Counted from the first letter of the stretch, positions 28,533 through 39,703 are shown. The stretch is DNA of 64,000 nt from Meiothermus sp. (GCA_033762915.1 JANRLD010000070.1:1-64000); one strand, 5' to 3'. Numbers and translations: made by a program. The notes: generated by a model not told the origin, from the letters alone.

Positions 28533-28571
28533 TAGACAATACATGTATAGATTATGTAAAAGATTTGTCTA
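28533..28571 (-). promoter_or_regulatory. Putative CarH/LitR-type operator (three TnnACA repeats at 11-bp pitch)
   Basis: Minus strand TAGACA-N5-TTTACA-N5-TATACA upstream of the fasciclin gene. Confidence 0.6.
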
Positions 28572-28579
28572 TATTACGT

Positions 28580-28936
28580 TTAGATTTGTAGACCATGGAA
28601 CAGATCAAAGGCGAGCAGAAAAAAGCCCTGTATCAGCACCGCCAGCCCGAAGCCCCTGAGCTGCGGGGTTTTGCGGGTGTACAGCCAAGCCCCCGCCGCC
28701 ACATACACGACGTCCAGCCCTGCGTTAATCAGCAGCACCCGGCGCAGGGCGTCCGGGCTGGGCTCAGCTCCCAGCCACCCCGCCATCGCGATCGCCGCGT
28801 CCACTAGAGCCCAGATCCCCGACATCAGCCAGAAAGGCCGCCAGAAGGGGTGGTGGCTGCGCCACAGACCGACCAGCGCGCCACCCAGCCACAGCAGCGA
28901 CCACAGCATCAGTTGCTGGGCGATAATTTCTCCCAT
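28580..28936 (-). CDS. Small membrane protein
   Basis: Four hydrophobic segments; INAGLDVVYV and QGFFLLAFD. Confidence 0.75.
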   Translation of the reverse strand: MGEIIAQQLMLWSLLWLGGALVGLWRSHHPFWRPFWLMSGIWALVDAAIAMAGWLGAEPSPDALRRVLLINAGLDVVYVAAGAWLYTRKTPQLRGFGLAVLIQGFFLLAFDLFHGLQI

Positions 28937-28939
28937 ACA

Positions 28940-29319
28940 GCAGATTATCTTAATCTGTGGGCTCGAGACCAAGACGACGGGTCGCGCCCGGGCAAGCGTT
29001 GGTCGGCGCGGCCTTGCGTATCGACTCGCAGGCCCAAAGCTGTTCGGTTCCTACGGATACCCGGTTTGGCAAACTGCGCCGAACCGGGTACACCGCGCCG
29101 CTCCGCAGGCCCTGAAGTGGTGGCGAATGCCATCAGCCCGCCCTTACAGTTCCTTGGGCTCGGGACTAAGCGGTTGCATAGTTGGAATGCGAAATTTCGC
29201 CCACCTGCTCTCGTAGGGAATTGCGCCTCGGGTAGCCGCTCCGCAGCTATGGCGCACGCCACTCGGCCCTGGCACGCACTTACCGATCTGCTGATTCCTC
29301 ACTTTCACCCTGGCGCAAC
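28940..29319 (-). repeat. Family B element, related to 37885-38219
   Basis: Shared TTGCGCCAG(T)GGTG end and a ~43-bp conserved block. Confidence 0.65.
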
Positions 29320-30114
29320 TTAGCGGTTGCTCTGGAGGAGTTGCTGGGCCTCTTGCAGGTGGCGGCGAACGACGTTGGCGGCCTGCTCGAGGAACTGAAG
29401 CACCTCCTCGACGGTCGGCTCACCCTGCTGCTGGGCCTGTTGGTCCTGGTTCTGCTGATTGTTTCCGCCCTGGCCCTGACCCTGGCCCTGGTTTTGCTCA
29501 GTAGTTCCGCCCTGACCCTGACCGGGCTGGGTCTGGTTATCTTGCCCGGGCTGGGTCTGGTTGCCCTGACCCTGGCCTTGCCCCTGACCGCCCTGTGGCT
29601 GGGTGCTCTGGCCCTGGCTAGGCTGGTTGCCCTGGCCCTGAGTCTGACCGCCCAGCGCACGGATGGCAGTCTCGAGGGTGGTCAGGGTGGTGCGGTGGCC
29701 ATTAACCTGGGCCTGGAGGTAGGTGCGGGCGAGGCCCGCGCCGGTCTGACGCTCGAGGGTGCGGATGCGGGCTTCGTTGGCCGCGCCCACGCTGGTAGGA
29801 AGGGTGACGCCCAGACGGCGCGACAGGGTCTCGAGCTGCTGCTGATTCTGGCGGTGCTCGGTGATCATCCGCTGGGCGAACTCGCGCACCTGCCCCTGAA
29901 CGTCCCGCTGGACGGCGGACTCGGAAGACATAACCTCGAAGAGGTTGCTCTGCCCCAGCGCCTGCATGGCCCGAGTTAGCGTCGGGTTGTCCCGCAGCTG
30001 AACGCCCGGCTGGGTCTGCTGCTGATTTTGCTGGTTTTGCTGGTTCTGGGTCTGTGCCCCCGCCAGACCCGTCAACGTGAGGGCCACCGTCCATCCGATT
30101 ACTGCTCTGTTCAT
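29320..30114 (-). CDS. Secreted DUF4142-like protein with a Gln/Gly-rich tract
   Basis: SNLFEVMSS, VREFAQRMITEH, YLQAQVNGH. Confidence 0.8.
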   Translation of the reverse strand: MNRAVIGWTVALTLTGLAGAQTQNQQNQQNQQQTQPGVQLRDNPTLTRAMQALGQSNLFEVMSSESAVQRDVQGQVREFAQRMITEHRQNQQQLETLSRRLGVTLPTSVGAANEARIRTLERQTGAGLARTYLQAQVNGHRTTLTTLETAIRALGGQTQGQGNQPSQGQSTQPQGGQGQGQGQGNQTQPGQDNQTQPGQGQGGTTEQNQGQGQGQGGNNQQNQDQQAQQQGEPTVEEVLQFLEQAANVVRRHLQEAQQLLQSNR

Positions 30115-30423
30115 GGGACTCCTTCCGAGCCCGCCACGCCCCTGTAGCGGGGGCGTCGGTCTGGCTCTGTTCGGCGGCCCTGCCCTCCGGGGGTTGCAGC
30201 ATCGGAATGAATGCCACCAATCCAGCCCCCCGGGCCGGGCTCAAGGCCCGCCGAAGTCTGGACTTTATCGCCGAAAGCGCTGTGCCCCGGCTGTGCAGGC
30301 TCTTAAACCCGCCTTACCGCTGAAGTTGAACCCCCCAGCGCCCGACGCCGCCTGCCCGGAAAACCGCCCCGCGCGAGACCTGCACTTTACGACTCCGAAC
30401 TGCCCGGCGTTACTATAGGCCCC

Positions 30424-31491
<1,068 letters not shown>

Positions 31492-31493
31492 CC

Positions 31494-31967
31494 ATGCCTC
31501 GAGCCCTGTGGACAACCCTGTGGATAGCCCTGAGCGCTGGGCTGGCGCAGTTGTTGAGTTTTGTTGTACACGAGCGGGGTTTTGCACTGGGGTACGGTAG
31601 CGACTACACCTTGCAAGGCGATCTGGTTCGGGCCTCGAGGGCCAGGGAGTGGGTCTTCAGGCCGCGCTTCGAGCCGGGGCAGGTGACGGTGCAGATTCTG
31701 CCCCGCACCAACGACGGCCTCGAGTCCGAGAGCCTGCGGGCCTGCCGCCGGGGCGGCCACACCTGTAGATTCGCAACCGAGGTCAGGGTCCTGGGTCAGG
31801 GCCGGTTCCGTCTCGAGTTCAACCGGACGCTCCAGGGAAATACGCAGGTTTGGGTGGCCTACGGCGCGGAGGTTAACGGGGTTCTGGTGCTGACCTACCT
31901 CGAGGGGACAAGCCGCGTGGGGCTGCTCGAGCACTTCTGGAACAACAGCAGACTTGAACCGAGATGA
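31494..31967 (+). CDS. Hypothetical secreted protein
   Basis: Signal peptide ending AGLAQ; starts just after the aminopeptidase stop. Confidence 0.6.
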   Translation: MPRALWTTLWIALSAGLAQLLSFVVHERGFALGYGSDYTLQGDLVRASRAREWVFRPRFEPGQVTVQILPRTNDGLESESLRACRRGGHTCRFATEVRVLGQGRFRLEFNRTLQGNTQVWVAYGAEVNGVLVLTYLEGTSRVGLLEHFWNNSRLEPR

Positions 31968-32094
31968 ACAAGGCTCAAGCGTCACCTCAAACAGTGCGCC
32001 GACCTCCAGCTGATGCAGTTGGGGGAACTCGAGCAGTGATTTTGGACCCGTCGCGTTGGCTGAAGCGCTTGAAGTCAAAGCGACGAACTCAGCA

Positions 32095-32124
32095 AAAAAC
32101 CACCCGCCAAAACGGGTGGTTTTT
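32095..32124. terminator. Bidirectional terminator
   Basis: aaaaaccacccg-ccaaaa-cgggtggttttt. Confidence 0.9.
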
Positions 32125-32141
32125 AGTTTCAGCTTTCGGCC

Positions 32142-33857
32142 TTAGGCCTTCTCTTTGTCCTCGTCCTTCAGGTTGAGCTGGCTCAGCAGGTCGCCGAACA
32201 CGTCGCCCAACTTGACGTTGGTGGTGGAGGCGGTGGCCACGGCAGGGTCGAACTGGTTGTACTGGGCGGTCGCGCCGATCTGGCCGTAGTCGTAGTCGCG
32301 CTCGCGGATGCGACCGCCGTCGCGCTTGCCGCCGCCCTTGCCCGCCGGACGCTTGCCGCCGGGGCGGCCGCTGTCGCGGCGAGGGCCTGCGCCCTTGCGC
32401 TCGCCTTCCTCACCGTCGGAGGGGACCGAGATGGCCTGCGGGGGCGGGGTCAGGAGGCGCTTGCGGGAGAGGCTGATGCGCTGCTCGACGGGGTCGATTT
32501 GGAGGATCGCGGCCTCCACTTCGTCGCCCTTCTTGAACATCTCGGAGGGCTTCTCGACGCGCTGGTAGTCGATTTCGGAGACGTGGATCAGGCCCTCGAT
32601 GCCGGGCTCGATCTCGACGAAGACGCCGAAGTCGGTCAGGCCGGTGACGCGACCCTTGACCGGGGTGCCGGGGGGGTAGCGCTCGGGGAGGGTCTTCCAG
32701 GGATCGGGCTGGGTCTGCTTGAGGCCCAGGCTCAGGCGGCGCTCGTTGGGGTCAATGCGCAGGACTTGCGCCTCGACCTCCTGACCTTCCTTGAGGATCT
32801 CGCTGGGGTGCTTGGGGCGCTTGGTCCAGGACAGCTCGGAGATGTGGATCAGGCCCTCGAGGCCTGGCTCCACCTCCACGAAGGCGCCGAACTGGGTCAG
32901 GCCGACGACCTTACCGTTGAGCCTCGAGCCGATGGGGTGCTTCTCGGCCACGGTCAGCCAGGGGTCGGCGCTGAGGGTTTTAATGGAGAGGTTGACGCGC
33001 TCGCGGTCGTTGTCCACCGAGAGCACCTTGGCCCGCACAGACTGGCCCTTCTGCACCACGTCGCGGGGGTGATTGAAGCGGCCCCAGGTGATCTCGGAGC
33101 GGTGCACCAGCCCGTCCACCCCGCCCAGCGCCACGAAGACGCCAAACTCGGTGACCTCGACGACCTGGCCCTCTACGATGTCGCCCTCGGCCAGCTTGGA
33201 CAGCACGCCCTCGCGGGCGGCCTTAGCCTCGGTCTCGAGCACCACCCGGCGGGACAGGATGACCCGGCCCTTCTTGCGGTTCAGCTCGATGATCTTCACT
33301 TCAAAGCTCTGCCCCACGTACTCCGAAAGTTCGGGGGTGCGCTTGAGGTCTACCTGGGAGGCGGGGAGGAAGGCGCGAACACCCTCGACGGTCGCCACCA
33401 GACCGCCCTTGACCTGCTCCTTAACCGTCACCATGACCGGCTCGGCGGAATCGAACAGGGCCTGGATTTTGACCCAGGAATTGTCCGACTCAGCGCGCTT
33501 CTTGGAGAGCACCACCTGGCCGTTATCCAGGTCGGCCCGCACCACGTAAGCGCTCACGGCGTCGCCTGGCCTGAGCATGTTCTTCAACTCCTCTTCCGGG
33601 AGGTTCTCCTCGGTGAGCTGGTTGAAGGGGATGATGGCCTCGGTGCGTGCACCGATGTCCACCATCACGCCGTCGTTGGTGATCAGCACGACCGTGCCGG
33701 TGATGACTTGGCCGCGCTGGACGGACTTCTCGAGCCGGGCCTCGGCGTCTTGCAGGGCCTGCTCCATGCTGAAGACCGCCTGGGTCTCGGGGCTACCGGT
33801 TTCCACCGGGGTCTGGTTTCCGGTCTCTACCGGGGTCTGGGTTGCTTGCTCTTCCAT
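32142..33857 (-). CDS. rpsA: 30S ribosomal protein S1
   Basis: Tandem S1 domains (FGVFV..., GLIHISE). Confidence 0.97.
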   Translation of the reverse strand: MEEQATQTPVETGNQTPVETGSPETQAVFSMEQALQDAEARLEKSVQRGQVITGTVVLITNDGVMVDIGARTEAIIPFNQLTEENLPEEELKNMLRPGDAVSAYVVRADLDNGQVVLSKKRAESDNSWVKIQALFDSAEPVMVTVKEQVKGGLVATVEGVRAFLPASQVDLKRTPELSEYVGQSFEVKIIELNRKKGRVILSRRVVLETEAKAAREGVLSKLAEGDIVEGQVVEVTEFGVFVALGGVDGLVHRSEITWGRFNHPRDVVQKGQSVRAKVLSVDNDRERVNLSIKTLSADPWLTVAEKHPIGSRLNGKVVGLTQFGAFVEVEPGLEGLIHISELSWTKRPKHPSEILKEGQEVEAQVLRIDPNERRLSLGLKQTQPDPWKTLPERYPPGTPVKGRVTGLTDFGVFVEIEPGIEGLIHVSEIDYQRVEKPSEMFKKGDEVEAAILQIDPVEQRISLSRKRLLTPPPQAISVPSDGEEGERKGAGPRRDSGRPGGKRPAGKGGGKRDGGRIRERDYDYGQIGATAQYNQFDPAVATASTTNVKLGDVFGDLLSQLNLKDEDKEKA

Positions 33858-34359
33858 TCGCCTTTTCCTCTCCATCGCGGGCCATGCTCAACCCGTTTTT
33901 TTGATTTCCCTCGCGCAAAAAGCCCTGCCCAGGGTGCTGGGTTTGGGGTACGTAGTCTGCGCGACGGGGTGTCTGCGTTGAGCGCCGAATCTTAGGCTTC
34001 ACGAGACATACCTGTTAGTTATAACACACGCCCTTCGATAACACAACAGCACGTGAACGATTCAGGCTTGGGTCAAATATCGGCTCTGGGCCGGGCTTTT
34101 GGATTGAAAGTTCCGCGCCGTTTTGGCGGAGCTAAAGTGCCGCACGGCTGCCCATTTAGGCGCACTTGCCCGGCTTGGGGGAGCTCGGCAGTGACCGTGC
34201 CGGAGGCGGCCTGAAAAACGCCCAAACGGCGGTTCTCGAAATGGTTTTGGCCCCCAGGGGTCTTTGATTGAGTTAAGGCCGTGGGGCTCAGCACGTCTGG
34301 GCGAGATATCGAGTCGGGTACAGAATCACCCATGAAGCTGGGTCTGCGTTCCGGCTTGG

Positions 34360-34983
34360 CTAGCCCAGCAGCCGGAAACGGATCAACTGCCCGAACATCC
34401 GTCCCCTGGCCCGCAGGCCGCCCCACCAGCCCAGCTTCTCCTCCTTGGTGCGGTGGGTGAGGCCCGGCAGCGGAACGTAGATCACTCGAGCCCGCTGGGC
34501 CTCGAGCCTGCGGGTCATGGCCAGCTCCACCGCAAAGCCCAGGCTGCCCAGGTTCGCCCCCTCGAGCAGCCTGCGCCGGAAGGCCCGCTGGCCCGACCAG
34601 TCCAGGGTCAGCCTCGAGGCCAGGGAGGTAAACCAGCGGCCCGAGGCGAAGAAGCCCACCGTGGCCTCGGCCCGGCGGGTCTTTAGCGGCTCCAGCAGCG
34701 ATTGCAGGTGCTCGGCCCGCAACCCAATCAGGTCGGCGTCCAACAGCAGCACCGCCTCGCTCCGGGTGGCCTCGAGCCCGACCTGGATCGCGCCGCCCTT
34801 GCCAACGTTGATGAAGAGCTCCAGCACCTTGGCCCCAGCCTGGCGGGCTTGGGCGGCGGTGGCATCGGTGGAGCCGTCGCTCACCACCCAGACCTCCCCG
34901 AGTTGCGCCTCGAGGCAGGTCTTAACCACCTGAGCGATGGTCTGGGCCTCGTTGTATGCGGGAATCAGGATCACAGCACGCAC
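34360..34983 (-). CDS. Glycosyltransferase family 2
   Basis: IPAYNE, DGSTDAT, GKGGA, LDAD. Confidence 0.92.
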   Translation of the reverse strand: MRAVILIPAYNEAQTIAQVVKTCLEAQLGEVWVVSDGSTDATAAQARQAGAKVLELFINVGKGGAIQVGLEATRSEAVLLLDADLIGLRAEHLQSLLEPLKTRRAEATVGFFASGRWFTSLASRLTLDWSGQRAFRRRLLEGANLGSLGFAVELAMTRRLEAQRARVIYVPLPGLTHRTKEEKLGWWGGLRARGRMFGQLIRFRLLG

Positions 34984-35313
34984 GGCACAGAGTCTACGTC
35001 GGGCGCATGAGCGTCGGGCGAAGACGGAGACCGCACGCCACAGCCTGCACATCGAACCCTCAACATCGGGCCCAGGACGGTAAAATCCCCTTCGCCATCG
35101 AATCGAAACATGAAGTCTGAATGAGGGTCATGGTGCCCACCAAAAACCCACTCCTCCGTCTGGCGCTCGAGGTTCGACTTCCCCAATGCCATGGGTCTAT
35201 GCACCCGCACGGCAGGACAGCCCCCGACACATCCGCGGGGAACTGCGCCGGGCACGTCAGCACCGTCTATGACCGCCTTGCACATCTGCCCTGGTGCAAC
35301 TTAGACTCCCCCC

Positions 35314-36252
35314 ATGAGTCAAGCCGTGGCGGTGCTGGGGGCCGGGGTGGTCGGCCTGAGCAGCGCGATCACCCTGGCGCGGGCCGGATACCGGGTGGAG
35401 GTCCTCAGCCGCGAGACCTCGCCCCACACCACCTCCGACCGCGCCGCGGCGTGGTTCGCCCCGCTCTCGGCGCTGGGCAGCCCGAGGTGGAAGCCGGTGG
35501 TGCTGGACAGCCTCGAGCAGATTCAACGCCTTAGCCAAGACCCCCGCTACGGCGTGCGGGCGCTGCCGGTCTACGAGCTCGGCCCGCACCCCCTCACCCC
35601 GCCCGCCATGCCGGAGTTGCGGGGGGTGCGCGACCTCGAGGACGCCTTTCCTGCCCCCTGGAACCATGGCTTCGCCTTCGACAGCTTCCAGATGGACGTG
35701 CCCACTTACATGGCGCGGCTGACGGAGGAGGCGAAGCGGCTCGGCATCGAGTTCAGGGCATCCGTCGTGAGTAACTTCGATGAGTTCCAGGGCTCCCACC
35801 GGGTGATCGTCAACTGCACCGGGCTGGGGGCGCGGGGGCTTGGCGACCCGGCGGTGTACCCGATCCGGGGGCAGGTCGTGCGGGTCAGCCGGCCCGAGGG
35901 CTTTCCTGATGCGGTGGTGAGCGGCGAGGGCGAGGAGGTTACCTACGTCGTACCCCGGCTCAACGACATCATCCTGGGGGGCACCTATCACCACCACGCC
36001 GAGGGCCTCGAGCCCGACCCCAGCATCGCCGAGGCCATCCTCGAGCGCTGCCTACGGCTGCGGCCCGAGCTGGCCGAGAGCCGGGTGCTAGAGCACCGGG
36101 TTGGCCTGCGACCCGGACGCAGCGAGCCAAGGCTCGAGCTCGAGCCGCAGGGCCGGCTGCACATCATCCACAACTATGGGCATGGTTCCACCGGGCACAC
36201 CCTGGCCTGGGGCTGTGCGCGGCGGGTTCTGGCACTGGTGGAGGGCCTCTGA
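35314..36252 (+). CDS. D-amino-acid oxidase family FAD oxidoreductase
   Basis: GAGVVG, VNCTGLGAR, GLRPGR, HNYGHG. Confidence 0.93.
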   Translation: MSQAVAVLGAGVVGLSSAITLARAGYRVEVLSRETSPHTTSDRAAAWFAPLSALGSPRWKPVVLDSLEQIQRLSQDPRYGVRALPVYELGPHPLTPPAMPELRGVRDLEDAFPAPWNHGFAFDSFQMDVPTYMARLTEEAKRLGIEFRASVVSNFDEFQGSHRVIVNCTGLGARGLGDPAVYPIRGQVVRVSRPEGFPDAVVSGEGEEVTYVVPRLNDIILGGTYHHHAEGLEPDPSIAEAILERCLRLRPELAESRVLEHRVGLRPGRSEPRLELEPQGRLHIIHNYGHGSTGHTLAWGCARRVLALVEGL

Positions 36253-36289
36253 GAGCGGTTCCCACACATACTCCCTACGGTGGTATAAT
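36250..36289 (+). promoter_or_regulatory. Truncated family A element running into an extended -10 (TGGTATAAT)
   Basis: TGA-GAGCGGTTCCCACACATACTCCCTAC then TGGTATAAT at 36281-36289. Confidence 0.6.
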
Positions 36290-36422
36290 TAACTCGACGT
36301 TCCCTGTCTTTTCCCTCTCAATTCTTGTCGGCCAGAACGGTTGCCCAAGGCGTCCCGGATGAACGGGCCTCGGCGTCCGCCGCGCTGCTCGGGCTCTTGG
36401 ACTGGCTGTGCGGAGGTGGTCT

Positions 36423-37736
36423 ATGAAAACCATCCAGGGCATGGTCTCGAGCCGGTTCAGTCTGTTGTTTGGCCTGTTGTTCCTGCTGGGGTTGACCGCC
36501 TGCGGCTCCGCCCCCGCCCCTCAAGCGGGCAAAACTGTCATCCATTACAACCCCACCGACTCCGCCCTGATCACCAGCCAAGACCCCAACGGGATCGCAG
36601 TGCTGGGTAAGCGGGACGCGGACGGTCTGCCCATCCAGATCAGCGACGTGTTCATGCCGTCCGAGGTGGCCCAGTCCCAAGACCACGCCTACCTTGACGA
36701 CGACGGGCGGGTGACCAAGGTGGTGCTGGCCTCCGGAGAGTCTGCCACCTTCGAATACGTCTCGAGCACGCGGGCGGTGATGACGGTGCGGGTGGGCAAG
36801 GAGTCAGAGCGGGTTCCACTCGAGCTCACCCCGAGCGCCCTGCGCCAGAGCGCCCAGGCGGTGGGGCCGCAGGCCAGCGTGACCCTCAAGGGCCGCCTCG
36901 AGGCGCGCTGCGGCACCAGCCTGCTTAACGCCGACGTGGCCGGGTCGTTCAAGCCCAGCGTGGCCGACATCAAGGACAAGGGCCAGCCGCTGGCCTTCAC
37001 CCAGCTTTCGCGGGGGATATGGGAGTACACCCTGCCCAACCTGCCCGCCCCCCCCAAGACCCCGCAAGGCCTCGAGGCCCAACTGGGGGCTATCTCGAGC
37101 TTGCTGGACGAGTTATGCGGTGCGGGCATCACCAACCTGATCGACTCCACCATCCCCATCGGCACCAACGACGGCATCACCGAGGGGGCCAAGCAGTTCT
37201 GCCAGAATTACCTCACGTCTACCAACCCCAAAAACGCCTGCCAAAAGCTGATCAAGCTGATTAAGAAACTCTGCAAGGTCCGCAACGAACTTCTGAACGC
37301 CGTGGACATCATCTACTCCGACGCCTACTACACCGAGTACACCGTGCTGATGCACGTCAGCTTTAGCGCCGAAAACGTTAAGTACCTGCCCAATCTGACG
37401 GTCAAGGTCAGCGATACCAACATCCCCACCCAGGTCGCCACGCTGCCCCCCGACCCCAACCCCATCTTTGAGAGCCTGAGCGCCAACCCGCCCGACCCTG
37501 GCCCCAAGCAGGGCTACACCGTGACGGCCGTTCCGCTGTGCGCCGCAGTCGGGGTACAGGTGCAGATCTCGGTCTCGGGCACCGACAACTACAAAAACTC
37601 GATCACCGTGACCATCAGCGCCGGCAGCCCCAGTGCCTCGCTGTACGTGCCCGGTGGCGGGGCCAGCGTGGTGGACACCATCAAGGTCAAGGTGCTGCCC
37701 AACGGGGTCGAAGAGACCCTGGTGATCGTGTTCTGA
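36423..37736 (+). CDS. Lipoprotein of unknown function
   Basis: Lipobox LTAC; GGAGG RBS. Confidence 0.8.
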   Translation: MKTIQGMVSSRFSLLFGLLFLLGLTACGSAPAPQAGKTVIHYNPTDSALITSQDPNGIAVLGKRDADGLPIQISDVFMPSEVAQSQDHAYLDDDGRVTKVVLASGESATFEYVSSTRAVMTVRVGKESERVPLELTPSALRQSAQAVGPQASVTLKGRLEARCGTSLLNADVAGSFKPSVADIKDKGQPLAFTQLSRGIWEYTLPNLPAPPKTPQGLEAQLGAISSLLDELCGAGITNLIDSTIPIGTNDGITEGAKQFCQNYLTSTNPKNACQKLIKLIKKLCKVRNELLNAVDIIYSDAYYTEYTVLMHVSFSAENVKYLPNLTVKVSDTNIPTQVATLPPDPNPIFESLSANPPDPGPKQGYTVTAVPLCAAVGVQVQISVSGTDNYKNSITVTISAGSPSASLYVPGGGASVVDTIKVKVLPNGVEETLVIVF

Positions 37737-37761
37737 ACCAAGCCTCGAGCCCGTCTTGCTC

Positions 37762-37830
37762 TGACGCGGTTGTCGCGAATACCCGCTACTCTAAACACCG
37801 CCGTACAGGTATTGGCAGGAACCACGCTGA
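37762..37830 (+). repeat. Short diverged family A element
   Basis: TGA-CGCGGTT...GAATAC...GTATT...GGAACCACGC-TGA. Confidence 0.55.
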
Positions 37831-37884
37831 ACCCAAGTGTCTACATACAAGTGCGAAACGCTGCCCCAGAAGGCCGTTGGGCGA

Positions 37885-38219
37885 TTGCGCCAGTGGTGCA
37901 AAGAGCCTAACCCAACTCACTCCCCCGTAGCGCCCTCCTTTCCCTGGACGACTCTGCGGGGGACAAGACTTCCGGGGCGGCTAACCGGGGCAGAGTGGCG
38001 TACGCCATAGCCGCAGAGCGGCTACCCAAGCCCCTTCGGGCGTTTCGCAGCTCGAGGCTCCGGCAAATTATGAGTGCCGGAATTCGACATAACTTTGCAC
38101 GAAGGCACGGGGCCCACCGAGGGCACCTCGAGCCTTTCGGCCGTCCAGGAGCCGCCTTGCCCAGTTTCCACGGGCCGCGCAGATTTACGCGCGGCGAAAC
38201 GCGGCATAATCTGGCGCAA
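37885..38219 (+). repeat. Family B element with TTGCGCCAG/CTGGCGCAA termini
   Basis: Perfect 9-bp terminal inverted repeats; block shared with 29221-29318. Confidence 0.7.
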
Positions 38220-38331
38220 CGAGCCTTGGAACAGGCAAAAACTCTGCGTACACTGTTCACTAACACAGATTGCCCTAGGCATCTCTGTCGTCTCCTCCGC
38301 CCTCTCACGATGTCTCTAGGAGAAATTAGCG

Positions 38332-39474
38332 ATGCAGTTCGAAGAAATGCTCACCCTATTGATCCACCGAGGTGCCTCCGACGTACACCTCCACGCGGGT
38401 CTGCCGGTCCTGGCCCGGATCGGGGGTGAGCTTCAGAACATCGGGCAGAGCACCCTCACGCCGGACTTCATGGTCAGTCTGGCCGACAAGCTCTGCACCG
38501 CGCAGCAGCAGGCCATGCTCCGCACCTACCGGCAGGTGGACGTGGCCTACAGCCTGCCCGGCCTGACCCGTCTGCGGGTTAACTTCTTCTACCAGCGCAA
38601 CTCCCTGAGCGCCGTCATGCACATCCTCTCCCGCGAAGACACCGACCTCTCCAAGGTCAACCTGCCGCAAGAAGCCCTCGAGTACTTTTCCGCCCAGAAG
38701 AAGGGCCTGATCCTGGTGACGGGGCCGATGGGCTCGGGCAAAACAACCACCCTGGCCCGCCTCGTCGACGAGATCAACCAGAAGCACAAGCGGGTCATCA
38801 TCAGCATCGAGGACCCTATCGAGTACCTGCACGTCTCCAAGCAGTCGGCCATCATCCAGCGTGAGATCGGCTCCGACACGCCCTCGTTCGAGCGGGCGGT
38901 GGAAGGCGCGATGCGCCAGAACGCCGACGTGATCGTGATCGGCGAAATCCGGGATCAGGCCACCGCCACCGCCATGTTTAACGCCGTACATTCGGGCCAC
39001 CTGGTCATCACCAGCTTCAACGCCCCCGACAGCATGCTGGCCTTCGGGCGGATGCTCGAGCTGTTTAGCGGCTCAGAGCGCAACATCAGCCGCGTGCTGT
39101 TCGCCGAGGGCCTGCTGGGCATCATCCACCAGCGCCTGCTGCCCGCCGCCGACGGTGGACGGACCGCGGTGATCGAGGTCATCCGCAACAACCCCCGCCT
39201 GCGCGAGGCCCTCAAGCAGCCCGCCCAGACCGCCCGGCTGAGCGAGCTGATGCTCGAGACCAAGCAACCCGGCGAGCGCTCCTTCGACGAGCACCTGCTC
39301 GAGCTCTATCACGACGAGAAGATAGACTTCCAGACCGCCCGCATGCACGCCCAGAACCCCACCCGCTTCGAGCTGGCCATCCTGCGCCAGATGGAGCCCG
39401 ACCTCTCCCAAGGCCCCATCAAACGCCAGGACGACTGGCCGGACGATGATCTGATAAACCCGACCAAGATGTGA
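38332..39474 (+). CDS. PilT/PilU-family ATPase (divergent paralogue)
   Basis: ASDVHL, GPMGSGKTTT, EDPIE, GEIRD. Confidence 0.92.
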   Translation: MQFEEMLTLLIHRGASDVHLHAGLPVLARIGGELQNIGQSTLTPDFMVSLADKLCTAQQQAMLRTYRQVDVAYSLPGLTRLRVNFFYQRNSLSAVMHILSREDTDLSKVNLPQEALEYFSAQKKGLILVTGPMGSGKTTTLARLVDEINQKHKRVIISIEDPIEYLHVSKQSAIIQREIGSDTPSFERAVEGAMRQNADVIVIGEIRDQATATAMFNAVHSGHLVITSFNAPDSMLAFGRMLELFSGSERNISRVLFAEGLLGIIHQRLLPAADGGRTAVIEVIRNNPRLREALKQPAQTARLSELMLETKQPGERSFDEHLLELYHDEKIDFQTARMHAQNPTRFELAILRQMEPDLSQGPIKRQDDWPDDDLINPTKM

Positions 39475-39637
39475 CAGCGTTCACGCGAATACCCCGCCCA
39501 CAGCGACTCGGACGTGCGGGGTATTCGTTCGAAGCGCTGTGAGAGCGGTTCCCACGCATACTCCCTACAGCGGTTTTTGCTGTAGGGAGTACATAACCTG
39601 CCGCCGCGAGGGAGGTAAGGGTAGGAAAAGCGATGAG
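39472..39637 (+). repeat. Two tandem family A elements separated by TGA
   Basis: 39472-39542 short copy and 39540-39637 full copy; each is a hairpin. Confidence 0.8.
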
Positions 39638-39703
39638 AAGCGCAGTCGAGGGTTGAAAAGGGCGGTTGGCACAACGAAGGACGTCAGCGGTTTCGGTTTT
39701 CGC

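Noticed and set aside
33797..33842. 24-bp tandem duplication in the rpsA N-terminus (QTPVETG twice)
   Set aside because: Real but probably a neutral change in a disordered tail
35060..35285. Degraded gene remnant between the GT2 and DAO genes
   Set aside because: Cannot be assigned to a family without a search
35314..36252. MnmC oxidase partner for mnmD
   Set aside because: Motifs (HNYGHG, VNCTG) fit D-amino-acid oxidase, and it is not linked to mnmD
37940..38030. c-di-AMP or c-di-GMP riboswitch upstream of pilT
   Set aside because: Only fragmentary resemblance; better explained as family B, pending an Rfam scan
37995..38429. Paralogous peptides MAYAIAAERLP / MACAIAAERLP (28945-29262)
   Set aside because: Similarity is limited to the family B DNA block; no RBS and the rest diverges
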